Positions 17,018 to 27,597 of a stretch of 32,000 nt of DNA are shown here, piece by piece; position 1 is the stretch's first letter; each line of letters begins with the position of its first letter. The DNA comes from Prochlorococcus sp. MIT 0801 (GTDB lineage: Bacteria; Cyanobacteriota; Cyanobacteriia; PCC-6307; Cyanobiaceae). The stretch is taken from the NCBI RefSeq assembly GCF_000757865.1, contig NZ_CP007754.1, positions 390,001 to 422,000 on the forward strand. Direction: 5' to 3'. Made by a program: the position numbers and the translations under genes. The notes beneath the pieces are model-generated. The model was not told the origin of the DNA, did not search any database, and saw only the letters and a program-made list of their open reading frames with translations.

Positions 17018-17815
17018 TTAATTATTTAGATCATTACTAATTATTATCTCTCTCATCATTTGAAGAGATGTAATTCTTCTTTGTAAATGAGTTTCAATCC
17101 AGGCTTCAACAATTTCCAGCAGCTTTAACCAGACATTTTTAGGACCTAATAATTTTCCATTACTGTGGAAAGGTACTTTTTCTAGTAAAAGTCTTTGAAG
17201 TAAAGCTAGTTCAGATGGATTCAGCTCAGTGCGTGCATTAGGCATTGTTCCAATTGCAAAACCTTCTTCAGGAATAAAGCTACACCTCCAGTTCCATTCT
17301 CCAATAGGGGGTATAAGTTTGAAGCCAGAATGACAACAGTTTTGAAGTGGTAAGCAATATCCGCCTAAAGCCAATAAATGAATACACGATTGAACGCTTA
17401 TTGCTAAAGCTTCTAATGAATCAAATTCTGTTTTATGTAATTCATCTAATCTATTTAAATGTATTAAAACCAGATTAAGTAAATCTTGTTGCGGGTCTTC
17501 ATTCCCAACCATAATCATAATTAGCTCTGAAATTGCTTGTGCTGCTGAGAGTGTTTCGATGCTTTTCCCAAGGTTTCCATAACTCTTAATAATCTTTATT
17601 TGCGTAACTCGCCTAAGATTTTTTTTTCCGACTATATGTAAATCTAACAAATTAAAAGGTGATGTCGCTCCTAGTCTGCTTTTTGGTTTTCTTGCTCCTG
17701 GTATTGCAAGACGAGATATTCCATTTTCTTCACTAAGTATGGTTAAAAGCCTGTCATTTTCGCCGAGAGGCCCAACTTTTAAAGACAATCCTTTCATCCT
17801 CTGATTTGAATTCAT
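17018..17815 (-). CDS. recO: DNA repair protein RecO
   Basis: N-terminal OB-fold pattern GLSLKVGPLGENDRLLTILSEENGISRLAIPGARKPKSRL. Cys-rich zinc-like segment LPLQNCCHSG...WNWRCS. 265 aa. Confidence 0.8.
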   Translation of the reverse strand: MNSNQRMKGLSLKVGPLGENDRLLTILSEENGISRLAIPGARKPKSRLGATSPFNLLDLHIVGKKNLRRVTQIKIIKSYGNLGKSIETLSAAQAISELIMIMVGNEDPQQDLLNLVLIHLNRLDELHKTEFDSLEALAISVQSCIHLLALGGYCLPLQNCCHSGFKLIPPIGEWNWRCSFIPEEGFAIGTMPNARTELNPSELALLQRLLLEKVPFHSNGKLLGPKNVWLKLLEIVEAWIETHLQRRITSLQMMREIIISNDLNN

Positions 17816-18498
17816 TACTCCTTTTCCTTTTGTCCTTGGGTAATTTCAAAACCAAAACTTGTTCCAATATATGTTGACCCTGCTTCAATGAGTTCAATTG
17901 CTTGATCAAAAGTTTTAATTCCTCCAACAGTTTTAATTGAGCAGCGATTCTTAACAATTTTAGAGACATGATTGGTTTGCTCTTTTGAGATGGATGGACC
18001 AAAACCGTTACCTATTTGAATTCCAATTGCGCCTGCATCAATTAAAGCATCTATTGCCATAGAAAGTTTTGATGAGTTGAAGATTATATTTGCATCAATT
18101 ATTACTCTTACTGGAATACCAAGTTCACTTATTTGATTTATTTCTTCAGCAAAAAGTTCTATATTTCCTTCTTTTAAAGCAAAATAATTTGGAACAAGAT
18201 CTAACTCTTCTGCTCCTTTCTCTATTGCATACTCGGCTTCTTTTTGTTTATTAGAAGTTGGGATGAAGCCAAAAGGGAAAGCAATTAATGATATCAATTT
18301 TGTATTACTTTTGCTCCCTAACCTTTCACGTGCAATTGGTAGAGTTGTAAGACTAGTGCATAAGCCTGCGAAGCCACTTTGCTTGGATGCATCACAAGCC
18401 TGGACAATCATTTCTTTATTGAAATGAGGATTTAGGACTGCTTGATAAATTACATTAGAAATATTGGCATGTGCTTCTTCCAAGCTGTTTTTACTCAT
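17815..18498 (-). CDS. deoC: deoxyribose-phosphate aldolase
   Basis: DeoC-type TIM barrel, 227 aa: VCTSL-like GLCTSL, IAFPFG, IKTVGGIKTFDQAIELIEAGSTYIGTS. Its stop overlaps the recO start (TAATG). Confidence 0.8.
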   Translation of the reverse strand: MSKNSLEEAHANISNVIYQAVLNPHFNKEMIVQACDASKQSGFAGLCTSLTTLPIARERLGSKSNTKLISLIAFPFGFIPTSNKQKEAEYAIEKGAEELDLVPNYFALKEGNIELFAEEINQISELGIPVRVIIDANIIFNSSKLSMAIDALIDAGAIGIQIGNGFGPSISKEQTNHVSKIVKNRCSIKTVGGIKTFDQAIELIEAGSTYIGTSFGFEITQGQKEKE

Positions 18499-18509
18499 TT
18501 GATTAGTAT

Positions 18510-19094
18510 CTATATTTTTTCTTGGATTACGCCATATCCTCCGTGATTTCTCTTGTAGATGACTCGTAAAGCTGACCCTTTTTCCTCTCTAAATAAATAG
18601 AAGTCATGATCAATCAGGTCTAATTGGACTCTTGCTTGCTCAATTGTCATAGGTTCCATCTCAAAATATTTGCGTCTTACTCCTGGGCTAGGTAGATGTG
18701 GTTCTTTACCTTCAATGAGTGAATGATCTGAGGAAGAATAATTTTGAGTTTCTTCGTTTTGGACTGATTTCGTTGACTGATTATTATGTACATTATGACT
18801 ATTATGTCGCTCTTTGTACTTACGTAATTGTCGTGCAAGTTTATTTGCTACTAAGTCAATGCTTGCATAAAGATTTTCACTTCTTTCTTGGGCTCTTATC
18901 ACTGTTCCATTTGCAAAAACAGTCACCTCAGCCGTCTGTTGTGGTACTCGAGGATTTCGAGCGACTGAGAGATGGACATCAGCCTCTTGCACCAATTCTT
19001 GGAAGTTGTGAGTTGCTTTATCAATTTTTGTTTTGGTGTAATCACGAAGTGATGGAGTTAATTCAAGATTGCGTCCATGAATAAGAAGCTTCAT
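18510..19094 (-). CDS. hpf: ribosome hibernation-promoting factor, long form (light-repressed protein A)
   Basis: MKLLIHGRNLELTPSLRDYTKTKIDKA...VHLSV N-terminal S30AE domain. C-terminal dimerisation domain FYLFREEKGSALRVIYKRNHGGYGVI. Confidence 0.9.
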   Translation of the reverse strand: MKLLIHGRNLELTPSLRDYTKTKIDKATHNFQELVQEADVHLSVARNPRVPQQTAEVTVFANGTVIRAQERSENLYASIDLVANKLARQLRKYKERHNSHNVHNNQSTKSVQNEETQNYSSSDHSLIEGKEPHLPSPGVRRKYFEMEPMTIEQARVQLDLIDHDFYLFREEKGSALRVIYKRNHGGYGVIQEKI

Positions 19095-19802
19095 TCTGTT
19101 TTGCCTGAATCAGGGCCTAATAGCAACTTAGATCTAACCCCTCAACTTGCACAATCTTCTTCCGCTTTTCTTTTTGAACCTAAAAAAATTGTGCCATTTG
19201 AGACTGCGTTAGGTTGGCAGAAGAATTTTCAGAAAAGCCTTATTGAGGAACCGTTCTCACCACAAGCAGTATGGTTACTTGAGCATTTTCCTTGTTTCAC
19301 AATAGGTAGAGGTAGCGACAAAAAAAATTTATTATTTGAAGAAAATAAATCTCCTTTACCAGTTTTTAGTATCGAGAGAGGAGGTGAAGTTACGCATCAC
19401 ATGCCTGGACAGATTGTTGGATACCTGGTTCTAAATTTAAGTCTTCACAAAAAAGACTTATCTTGGTATTTGAGAGAATTGGAGCAAGTGCTGATTGATG
19501 TTCTTGACTTGTTGGGCATAGATGGGAAGAGGCTAGATGGATTAACAGGAGTTTGGTGTGAAGATAAAAAGGTTGGTTCAATAGGAATTGGTTGCAAGAG
19601 ATGGGTGACTCAGCATGGATTTTCATTAAATGTAGATTGTGATTTAATTGGTTTTGAAAAGATAATTCCTTGTGGACTAGATAATATGAAAGTAGGGAAA
19701 TTGAGTGATTGGATACCTGGCATCAAAGTCTGTGACGTTACGCCTCTTTTAAGGGAATCTGTTAAAAGACGTTTTAAATTGAACTGGGAAAAAATAAATT
19801 AA
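19077..19802 (+). CDS. lipB: octanoyl-[ACP]:protein N-octanoyltransferase LipB
   Basis: LLEHFPCFTIGRG, ERGGEVTHHMPGQIVGY, KVGSIGIGCKRWVTQHGFSLNV. The only ATG near the N-terminus is 19077, which overlaps the hpf start. A TTG at 19101 is an alternative. Confidence 0.85.
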   Translation: MNKKLHSVLPESGPNSNLDLTPQLAQSSSAFLFEPKKIVPFETALGWQKNFQKSLIEEPFSPQAVWLLEHFPCFTIGRGSDKKNLLFEENKSPLPVFSIERGGEVTHHMPGQIVGYLVLNLSLHKKDLSWYLRELEQVLIDVLDLLGIDGKRLDGLTGVWCEDKKVGSIGIGCKRWVTQHGFSLNVDCDLIGFEKIIPCGLDNMKVGKLSDWIPGIKVCDVTPLLRESVKRRFKLNWEKIN

Positions 19803-19846
19803 CCTCTTTAAATATCACTAAAAAAATAAAAAATTATTTTTTTGCT

Positions 19847-21820
19847 ATGACAAAAACTAACTCAAAAAAAAATATATTTTCTTCTGAGGATGCTTTGGCT
19901 TTTTGGATCCCTAATAGGAAAGAGGAACAAGCAATTAATAGAAGATCTCATCTTAATAAGATCACTCAAGTTGATGAGATTTGGGAACTATTAAAAGTTC
20001 AGTTAGGGGAGGTATTGGCTGTTGATTCACCAAATACTTTCCACCCAGAAAGCTTTACATATGAAGAACTTGCAGAAAATATTTCTATGGCAGCATCTGC
20101 TTTTTCTCAGGTCGGAGTAGAACCTGATGAGGTGGTCGCTCTTTTTGCCGAAAATAGTCCTAGATGGCTCATCGCCGATCAAGGTCTTATGCGAATAGGT
20201 GCAACAGACTCTGTTAGAGGTGCGACTGCTCCATCAAGTGAACTTAGATATATTCTTGAAGACTCAAATGCGGTTGGATTGATTGTTCAAAACTCCGATG
20301 TATGGGGAAGACTTTCGCTTAATGATGATCAAATAAATAATTTGAAATTTGTTCTTCAACTTGAGGGTAAAGCTTGTGAAGGCGTTTTTGAATGGGAGAC
20401 TTTTATGAAGAAAGGATTGAATATAGAAAATGTAAGTAAACAGGAGAAAATAATTGATAGGCAACCAAACAGAATAGCAACCATTTTATATACTTCTGGA
20501 ACGACTGGTAAACCTAAAGGAGTTCCACTAACACATACTAATTTATTACATCAAATTAGATCACTAGCTTGCGTAGCGAACCCTTCTCCAGGTGCGCCTG
20601 TATTAAGTGTCTTGCCAATTTGGCATTCATATGAACGTAGTGCAGAATATTATTTTTTTTCTTGTGGTTGTACTCAAACATATACATCAATTAGGCATCT
20701 TAAGGAAGATTTGCCAAGGGTTAAGCCAATAGTAATGGCAACAGTTCCAAGGCTTTGGGAGTCAATAAAGTTAGGGTTTGAGGATGCTGTTGATAAAATG
20801 CCGAGACTGAGAAAGACCTTGATAAAAAGTGCGATTTCTAATAGTAAGGCATATAAATTGGCACGAAGAAAACTTTATTTTTTAACTATTGAGAGTGTTT
20901 CTAGTTTTGAACAAATTATCTCTTGTATAGAGATTCTTTTACGGTACCCCATTCATAGAATTTCCTCTATTTATCTATGGCCAAAAATCCTTACCAAGAT
21001 TTGTGGAGGAAAATTGAGATTCCCAATTAGTGGTGGAGGTGCAATTGCTCCGCATATTGATTCTTTCTTTGAAGCTTTAGGTGTTGAATTATTAGTTGGT
21101 TATGGCTTAACAGAAACTAGTCCAGTCCTTACATGTAGAAGGCCTTGGAGAAATATACGTGGGGGTGCAGGTCAACCATTGCCAGAGACTGAGATAAAAA
21201 TAGTAGATCCTGAAACATTCCAAATAAAAAAACTGCGTCAAAAAGGTTTGGTTCTTGCGCGTGGTCCTCAAATAATGTCTGGTTATTTAGGAAAACGATC
21301 TGAATCGAAGAAGGTTTTAGATGCTACCGGCTGGTTTAATACTGGAGATTTAGGGATGTTGCTTTCTGATGGATCCTTAATCCTGACTGGAAGAGCAAAA
21401 GATACGATTGTGCTAAGTAGTGGAGAAAATATTGAGCCTGGACCTTTGGAGGAATGTTTGATTGCTAGTCCATTGATTGAGCAGGCTTTGCTATTGGGTC
21501 AAGATCAAAAATATCTTGCTGCTTTGATTGTTCCAAGAATTGATCACGTAAAAGAATGGCTGGCAGAAAGGGGTGTGAATTCAAAAGTTGTTCTTGGAAT
21601 ATCTCATGAAAATTATGAATTAAGACAATCTCTAAAATTGGAAATGAATCAAGCACTGGCAAATCGTCTCGGATCTAGAAGAGAAGAGAGATTATTTTCA
21701 ATTGCCTTGGTAGAGCCATTTACAATAGAAAATGGTTTGTTAACGCAAACTCTTAAGCAAAAACGTGAAAAAATTATCCAACGTGATTTGAAACTTGTAA
21801 ATGAAATATATGGTTTGTAA
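19847..21820 (+). CDS. aas: AMP-forming long-chain acyl-activating enzyme (acyl-ACP/acyl-CoA synthetase)
   Basis: AMP-binding signature ILYTSGTTGKPKGVPLTH, plus GYGLTETSP and TGDLG. 657 aa. The aas symbol assumes the usual cyanobacterial function. Confidence 0.8.
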   Translation: MTKTNSKKNIFSSEDALAFWIPNRKEEQAINRRSHLNKITQVDEIWELLKVQLGEVLAVDSPNTFHPESFTYEELAENISMAASAFSQVGVEPDEVVALFAENSPRWLIADQGLMRIGATDSVRGATAPSSELRYILEDSNAVGLIVQNSDVWGRLSLNDDQINNLKFVLQLEGKACEGVFEWETFMKKGLNIENVSKQEKIIDRQPNRIATILYTSGTTGKPKGVPLTHTNLLHQIRSLACVANPSPGAPVLSVLPIWHSYERSAEYYFFSCGCTQTYTSIRHLKEDLPRVKPIVMATVPRLWESIKLGFEDAVDKMPRLRKTLIKSAISNSKAYKLARRKLYFLTIESVSSFEQIISCIEILLRYPIHRISSIYLWPKILTKICGGKLRFPISGGGAIAPHIDSFFEALGVELLVGYGLTETSPVLTCRRPWRNIRGGAGQPLPETEIKIVDPETFQIKKLRQKGLVLARGPQIMSGYLGKRSESKKVLDATGWFNTGDLGMLLSDGSLILTGRAKDTIVLSSGENIEPGPLEECLIASPLIEQALLLGQDQKYLAALIVPRIDHVKEWLAERGVNSKVVLGISHENYELRQSLKLEMNQALANRLGSRREERLFSIALVEPFTIENGLLTQTLKQKREKIIQRDLKLVNEIYGL

Positions 21821-21900
21821 TTTGTTTGTTTGGCCAATTAAATTGACCAATACTATCTTTTACTGAGACTCTATGGGTCTAATCATGATTTATTGATCAG

Positions 21901-22335
21901 GTGGACTCAATTTCTATAAAACGTTCTATAACTGTCAGAGCAGTTGTAACACCTTCATGGAAAGAGGAGGCTGAGCGTGAATTAAGTAATGCAATATCAG
22001 CAATAGATCAGCAACTTGGTGAATTAGAAAAAGAAGGACAACAAATTGTTGATGGTATTAGACGTCAGAGCTCTAATCCTCTTGATCCAAGAGTTCAAGA
22101 GCAAGTCGCTCAAGTTCAGAACCAAGTTGCTTCGAAGAGATCAGAATTTGAAGAACAAAAAAGAAATCTTCTGTCTCAGCAATCTCAAGTTCGTGAGTTG
22201 GAGATGGAACAAATCGTTGAGCAAGGACAAATTGACAGCTTTTGTGATTTAAAAGTTGGTGATAACTTAGTCAGTAAAATGGGTGTGAGTATTTTAGTCA
22301 GAGATGGCGTAGTAGAGGCAATTGATCAAGATTGA
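21901..22335 (+). CDS. YlqD-family coiled-coil protein (conserved hypothetical)
   Basis: Pattern: N-terminal beta strand (ITVRAVVTPSWKEE), a long Gln/Glu-rich coiled coil, then C-terminal KVGDNLVSKMGVSILVRDGVVEAI. This recalls YlqD. GTG start. Confidence 0.5.
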   Translation: MDSISIKRSITVRAVVTPSWKEEAERELSNAISAIDQQLGELEKEGQQIVDGIRRQSSNPLDPRVQEQVAQVQNQVASKRSEFEEQKRNLLSQQSQVRELEMEQIVEQGQIDSFCDLKVGDNLVSKMGVSILVRDGVVEAIDQD

Positions 22336-22524
22336 AATTTGGTCGAACTACTATTAATCCAAAAATAATTTTTGATATTAAGAAGAAATCCACATAAAAA
22401 AAACTATCGTTGTAAGGACACTCATGTAGAACTAACATTGGTATGTATTGATACTTGCAAAGCTTCTAGATAGAAAATTTTGAAGCCTTGCAAAAACTCT
22501 CCATAAAGGAAATAGGAACAAATT

Positions 22525-23895
22525 ATGGCCACTCATGACATCTTTATGCCTGCTTTAAGTTCAACGATGACTGAGGGCAAAATAGTTGAGTGGCTAAAAA
22601 AACCTGGAGATAAAGTTGAAAGAGGTGAGTCAGTTTTAGTTGTTGAGTCAGATAAAGCTGATATGGATGTTGAGTCTTTCCAAGATGGCTTTCTTGCTTC
22701 GATTGTGATGCCTGCAGGCAGCTCTGCACCTGTTGGAGAGACAATCGGATTGATCGTTGAGACAGCAGATGAGATCGCTGCGGCTCAAGCAAATGCACCT
22801 TCTCCTTCCACTCAATCAAGTAGTAAAGAAAAAGAGAGTTCATCGCCTCAAGTTCAAGAAAAACAAGCCTCTGTTGACTCTCCCAAAGCAACAGTAGTTA
22901 CAAAGGCATCGCCTGCACCTCTTGTTTCAGAATCCTCTGTAAATCAGGATCAGTTTTTAAATGATGGTCGAATAGTCGCTTCCCCAAGAGCTAAAAAACT
23001 TGCTTCTCAAATGGGAGTGGATTTGGCAACTGTTAGGGGCTCAGGACCTCATGGACGAATACAAGCTGAGGATGTTCAAAGTGCAAAAGGGCAACCCATA
23101 AGCGTTCCTTGGATCGCAGAAAGTAATGCTCCAGCGAAAATCGTTTCTGACGTGCCTCGCATAGAAAAAAAATCTGTTGACTCTGGTAAGCCACCTGCTC
23201 CAGGGAAAAGTTTTGGATCTAGAGGAGAAACAATTGCATTCAATACTCTTCAACAAGCGGTAAATCGGAACATGGAGGAAAGTTTAAATACTCCTTGTTT
23301 CAGAGTCGGATATTCAATTCTTACTGATGAATTGGATGATCTTTATAAACAAGTTAAACCTAATGGAGTAACTATGACTGCTTTACTTGCTAAAGCAGTT
23401 GGCTTAACCCTGGCTAGACACCCCCAGGTGAATGCAGCTTTTAGTTCTGAGGGGATTGCCTATCCTTCACAAATAAATGTAGCCGTTGCAGTTGCGATGG
23501 AGGACGGAGGGTTGATAACTCCAGTGCTGCAAAATGCTGATAAGACGAGCCTTGCTGATTTATCCCTACAATGGGCTGATCTTGTTAAGCGTGCGAGGAA
23601 TAAGCAATTAGAACCGCAAGAATATAGCAGTGGAACGTTTACACTCTCGAATCTAGGTATGTTTGGTGTGGATCGTTTTGATGCAATTCTGCCCCCAGGG
23701 ACTGGAGCAATTTTAGCGGTAGGAGCTTCATTGTCTAAAGTTGTTGCTTCTAAAGATGGTTCGATTTCAATCAAAAAACAGATGCAAGTAAATCTTACCG
23801 CTGATCACAGAGTGATATATGGGGCTGATGGAGCACTATTCCTGAAGGATTTGGCATACTTAATCGAAAAGAACCCTTATAGCCTTTCGTCTTGA
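22525..23895 (+). CDS. pdhC: dihydrolipoamide acetyltransferase, E2 component of pyruvate dehydrogenase
   Basis: Lipoyl domain (VVESDKADMDVESF), Ser/Pro/Ala linker, E3-binding domain (ASPRAKKLASQMGVDLATVRGSGPHGRI) and catalytic DHRVIYGADGA. Confidence 0.92.
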   Translation: MATHDIFMPALSSTMTEGKIVEWLKKPGDKVERGESVLVVESDKADMDVESFQDGFLASIVMPAGSSAPVGETIGLIVETADEIAAAQANAPSPSTQSSSKEKESSSPQVQEKQASVDSPKATVVTKASPAPLVSESSVNQDQFLNDGRIVASPRAKKLASQMGVDLATVRGSGPHGRIQAEDVQSAKGQPISVPWIAESNAPAKIVSDVPRIEKKSVDSGKPPAPGKSFGSRGETIAFNTLQQAVNRNMEESLNTPCFRVGYSILTDELDDLYKQVKPNGVTMTALLAKAVGLTLARHPQVNAAFSSEGIAYPSQINVAVAVAMEDGGLITPVLQNADKTSLADLSLQWADLVKRARNKQLEPQEYSSGTFTLSNLGMFGVDRFDAILPPGTGAILAVGASLSKVVASKDGSISIKKQMQVNLTADHRVIYGADGALFLKDLAYLIEKNPYSLSS

Positions 23896-23948
23896 GATTT
23901 AATTAGTTGAGCTACAAGTGATTTTTTCTTACTTTAACCTCATTTGAT

Positions 23949-25046
23949 GTGTTAGATCAAAAAGATAATCTTTTAAGCTCATATAGCTATGATTTACCAA
24001 ATGACTTAATTGCTCAATCACCTACCAAGAGTAGGCATGATGCTAAATTGATGATTGTTAAAGATGGCCTCGATGATTCTTTAAACCTTGTGCATGCAAA
24101 GGTATGGGACATAAAGGATATCTTGAAGACGGGTGATCTTTTAGTTGTTAATAATACGCGAGTTGTTAAAGCAAGATTGAAAATTCGTTTGTCAGGAGGA
24201 GGGACAGGTGAATTATTGCTAATGGAACCGAGGGGTGACGGCCGATGGCTTTGTCTTGGTCGTCCTGCTAGGCGTATGAGAGGAGGTGATCAATTGTGGT
24301 TGGATACGTCACCAGATAATTCTTTAATCTTGAAAGTTATTGATAAGGATGAGAGAACAGGCGGAAGAATTATTCAATTTTCAAATGAGTTTACTAGTTG
24401 GACGGAAATGGAAACTTTACTTGATTTATGTGGAGAAGTCCCATTGCCTCCATATATAGATAAGGACAAATCTAGTGGTCATGAGGAAAGCTATCAGACT
24501 AGATTTGCTTCGAAACCAGGAGCCATAGCTGCTCCCACAGCGGGCTTACATTTAAGTGATGAACTTATAGAAAATTTAAAAACGAGAGGTATTAAAATTG
24601 CTCAAATTACTTTGCATGTCGGCTTAGGAACTTTTAGACCATTAGAAAAAGAAGATTTATCTCAGTTGCATTTACATAGTGAGTGGATAGAGGTTACTGA
24701 AGAGACCATCAAAGCGATAACTAATTGTAAGGAGGATGGGGGAAAAGTCTTTGCTGTTGGCACTACAAGTGTGAGAGCCCTTGAGGCTACTTACCTTTCA
24801 GGAAGAGGAACTTTGGAGCCGTATGAAGGTAAAGTGGATTTGGTAATTAAACCAGGATTTAAATTTTCCGTCATTGATGGATTGCTCACTAATTTCCACC
24901 TACCTAAAAGTTCTCTATTACTTTTAGTTAGCGCTCTAATTGGTCGAAAACGTATGTTGAAACTTTATAAGCATGCTATTTATAATAAATATCGATTTTT
25001 CTCTTATGGAGATGCGATGTTGATAACACCGGAGTCAGTTATATAA
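23949..25046 (+). CDS. queA: S-adenosylmethionine:tRNA ribosyltransferase-isomerase
   Basis: [75 protein letters not shown] start. Confidence 0.92.
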   Translation: MLDQKDNLLSSYSYDLPNDLIAQSPTKSRHDAKLMIVKDGLDDSLNLVHAKVWDIKDILKTGDLLVVNNTRVVKARLKIRLSGGGTGELLLMEPRGDGRWLCLGRPARRMRGGDQLWLDTSPDNSLILKVIDKDERTGGRIIQFSNEFTSWTEMETLLDLCGEVPLPPYIDKDKSSGHEESYQTRFASKPGAIAAPTAGLHLSDELIENLKTRGIKIAQITLHVGLGTFRPLEKEDLSQLHLHSEWIEVTEETIKAITNCKEDGGKVFAVGTTSVRALEATYLSGRGTLEPYEGKVDLVIKPGFKFSVIDGLLTNFHLPKSSLLLLVSALIGRKRMLKLYKHAIYNKYRFFSYGDAMLITPESVI

Positions 25047-25055
25047 ACTCAAAAG

Positions 25056-26042
25056 TCAAGCTAATGATGGTTCTTTAATAACGCCTGTAGGAACATTCTC
25101 AAACATTATGGATGAGATATATCTTTCGGCAAGGTCAGGTAGAACTACAACGATTGTCTTTCCAGAGAACTCTTCTTTTTCGGCCAATCTTACAGCCACA
25201 GCGGCAGCAGCACCACATGATATCCCAACTAGTAGACCTTCTTCTTGTGCTAATCGTAATGCCATTGCAATAGACTCATCATTCGAGACTTGCTCAACTT
25301 GATCGACTACGGATAAGTCAAGATTCTTAGGAATAAAACCAGCCCCAATGCCTTGAATTTTGTGAGGTCCTGGTTTTACTTCTTCTCCATTGAGAGTTTG
25401 TGTTATTACTGGGCTATGAGTGGGCTCTACGGCAACAGATAATAATGAATGATTTTTTTCTTGCTTTATGAAGCGAGAAACACCTGTTATTGTGCCACCG
25501 GTCCCGACGCCAGAGACTAAAACATCAATTTGACCATCGGTATCATCCCAAATTTCAGGACCTGTTGTTTTGAAATGTATTTCTGGATTAGCTGGATTAT
25601 CAAATTGTCCTGGCATGAAGTATTTTTGAGGGTCGCCATCTGCTATTTCCTTCGCTTTCGCTATGGCGCCAGGCATTCCTTTCGCTGCTTCAGTAAGTAT
25701 TAATTCAGCACCAAGAACGGCCATCATTCTCCGACGTTCAATTGACATGGACTCAGGCATTGTGAGGATTAACTTGTAACCTCGAGCAGCAGCTGTATAA
25801 GCAAGGGCTATTCCAGTATTTCCAGATGTTGGTTCAATAATTACTTTATCTTTATTGAGTAAACCTTTCTTCTCAGCATCCCAGATCATATTCGCTCCAA
25901 TTCTACATTTGACGCTGTAGGCAGGGTTACGGCCTTCTATCTTTGCAAGTACTGTTGCTTTTGCGTTTTTTGTAATCGAATTAAGCTTAACTAATGGTGT
26001 ATGACCAATAGCAAAACTATTGTCTTCATAGATTCTGGACAT
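25056..26042 (-). CDS. cysK: cysteine synthase A (O-acetylserine sulfhydrylase)
   Basis: [21 protein letters not shown] (PLP Lys), [22 protein letters not shown]. Confidence 0.92.
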   Translation of the reverse strand: MSRIYEDNSFAIGHTPLVKLNSITKNAKATVLAKIEGRNPAYSVKCRIGANMIWDAEKKGLLNKDKVIIEPTSGNTGIALAYTAAARGYKLILTMPESMSIERRRMMAVLGAELILTEAAKGMPGAIAKAKEIADGDPQKYFMPGQFDNPANPEIHFKTTGPEIWDDTDGQIDVLVSGVGTGGTITGVSRFIKQEKNHSLLSVAVEPTHSPVITQTLNGEEVKPGPHKIQGIGAGFIPKNLDLSVVDQVEQVSNDESIAMALRLAQEEGLLVGISCGAAAAVAVRLAEKEEFSGKTIVVVLPDLAERYISSIMFENVPTGVIKEPSLA

Positions 26043-26130
26043 TTTTTTAATGACTTAATTAACTAATACTCTAAATCTATATAAGAATCTCGGTAATTGG
26101 TTATTTAGATAATCTTTATTAGTGATTTTT

Positions 26131-27597
26131 TTATATTGCTGAATTAAATCTTGACCATAATTCATCTTCATTTTCTAGCCCTACTGATACTCTTAATAAG
26201 TGTTCTGAGACGCCACAACTGTCAGCCCATTGCAATTCTTTAAAGTGAGCCAACTGAACGTATGGACAAACCAATGTAAAATTTGTACCTAAACTTGGTC
26301 CTTTGTTTACTCTTAATGAATCATAAACTCTTTTTGATTCTTCAATCCCCCCTTTAAGTTCAAAAGATAATAGACATCCATAACCACCTCCTTCCCTTAA
26401 TAGCGAATTAAAATTTTTACAATGTTGAGGATGTAAAACCTTTGAAATTTCTTTTTTTGTTTCTAATTTTTCTTTCAGCTTTAAGCAAGATGTATTTAAC
26501 CTTTTTAAGCGATCCTTTACGTCTCTACTAGTTAATGCCAGCTCAATAGCATCTGAATCAGATAGTGTAGATAATGCAACTTTAGGAATTATCTCAGTTA
26601 ATTCTTTTTTCCATTTAGAGTATGGGCTAATGACAGAGCTGCCAGCAAGAATATCTCCTCTTCCAGCAAAACTTTTTGTAAGAGAACTAAAAATCACATC
26701 TGCGTAAGGAGTTAAGTGAACATTTATAGATGAACCGATTGTATCGTCAACAATGACAGGGATATTTTTATCTTTGGCTAATTTTGAAATAGATATGAGG
26801 TCAACACATTGCAATAAAGGGTTGCTTGGTATTTCTATGATTAACGCAGCTGGATTCTTTTTGTCGATCTCTTCTTTTATATGACTTAATTGTGTTTGTA
26901 CAATGAGATCACTCCCTTGGAAAATATTCTGAGGTAGTTTGAGTACATCAACATATGGGAAGCCTATTTGAAGCGTCGAAGACTTCCCTTTGATACAATA
27001 TATCCCTGAAAGAATAGTCGTTAAGGCAGCCATGCCTGAGCGGTGTAGTCGTATAAGACTTTTATGACAATCGTATATATTTGCCAAACGATTAAGAAGT
27101 TCCTCTCGAGCACAATGACCATCCGAGGTCGAGGGTCTTTTCTCTCTTCCTAGGGCAATTGCCGCTTCACGTGACGACAATCCAAGACCAGTGTGTTGCC
27201 AAAAAGCTTTTGCTGAAGGGGAACTCCTTTGGTCAACAATTAGACAGGAAATACCAAGAAAATCTTTTATTTTTGAGGAACAATCCGAATATTTTCGATG
27301 ACAATATTGTTGTGCACTCAATGCAGAAGCTCTATTGGGATAGGGCCAACTACTTTGGTGTGATTCACCATGAAATGCAAGTGATTTTCGAGCTACCTCA
27401 GCAACAAACGGATGAAACCCAAATCTAGGATAAATTGCCTTTAATGAATTTAAACAGGATGGAACCTTCTCTTCGTATGCGATTACATCTTCCCATCTAG
27501 GCAATGCAACAGATACAGCATGTGGCCTGCTCGGTAGAGGCTCTCCTAAATCTTTGGAGCTCCAGCAAGGATCAATAAGTAAATTTCTTTCAGTCAA
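26131..27597 (-). CDS. Cys/Met-metabolism PLP-dependent enzyme, long cystathionine gamma-synthase-like form
   Basis: 488 aa. PLP-lysine region FSSLTKSFAGRGDILAGS. The C-terminal LLRVSVGLENEDEL is typical of this family. TTG start overlaps the upstream stop (TTGA). Confidence 0.7.
   Translation of the reverse strand: MTERNLLIDPCWSSKDLGEPLPSRPHAVSVALPRWEDVIAYEEKVPSCLNSLKAIYPRFGFHPFVAEVARKSLAFHGESHQSSWPYPNRASALSAQQYCHRKYSDCSSKIKDFLGISCLIVDQRSSPSAKAFWQHTGLGLSSREAAIALGREKRPSTSDGHCAREELLNRLANIYDCHKSLIRLHRSGMAALTTILSGIYCIKGKSSTLQIGFPYVDVLKLPQNIFQGSDLIVQTQLSHIKEEIDKKNPAALIIEIPSNPLLQCVDLISISKLAKDKNIPVIVDDTIGSSINVHLTPYADVIFSSLTKSFAGRGDILAGSSVISPYSKWKKELTEIIPKVALSTLSDSDAIELALTSRDVKDRLKRLNTSCLKLKEKLETKKEISKVLHPQHCKNFNSLLREGGGYGCLLSFELKGGIEESKRVYDSLRVNKGPSLGTNFTLVCPYVQLAHFKELQWADSCGVSEHLLRVSVGLENEDELWSRFNSAI

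Noticed and set aside
21822-21848. Imperfect hairpin TTGGCCAAT-TAA-ATTGACCAA after the acyl-activating enzyme gene
   Set aside because: One mismatch, a 3-nt loop and no T-run, so it is not convincing as a terminator.
22441-22454. GTA-N8-TAC (NtcA-like) site upstream of pdhC
   Set aside because: The bare motif is expected several times by chance in 32 kb of AT-rich DNA. No properly spaced TAN3T -10 box follows it.
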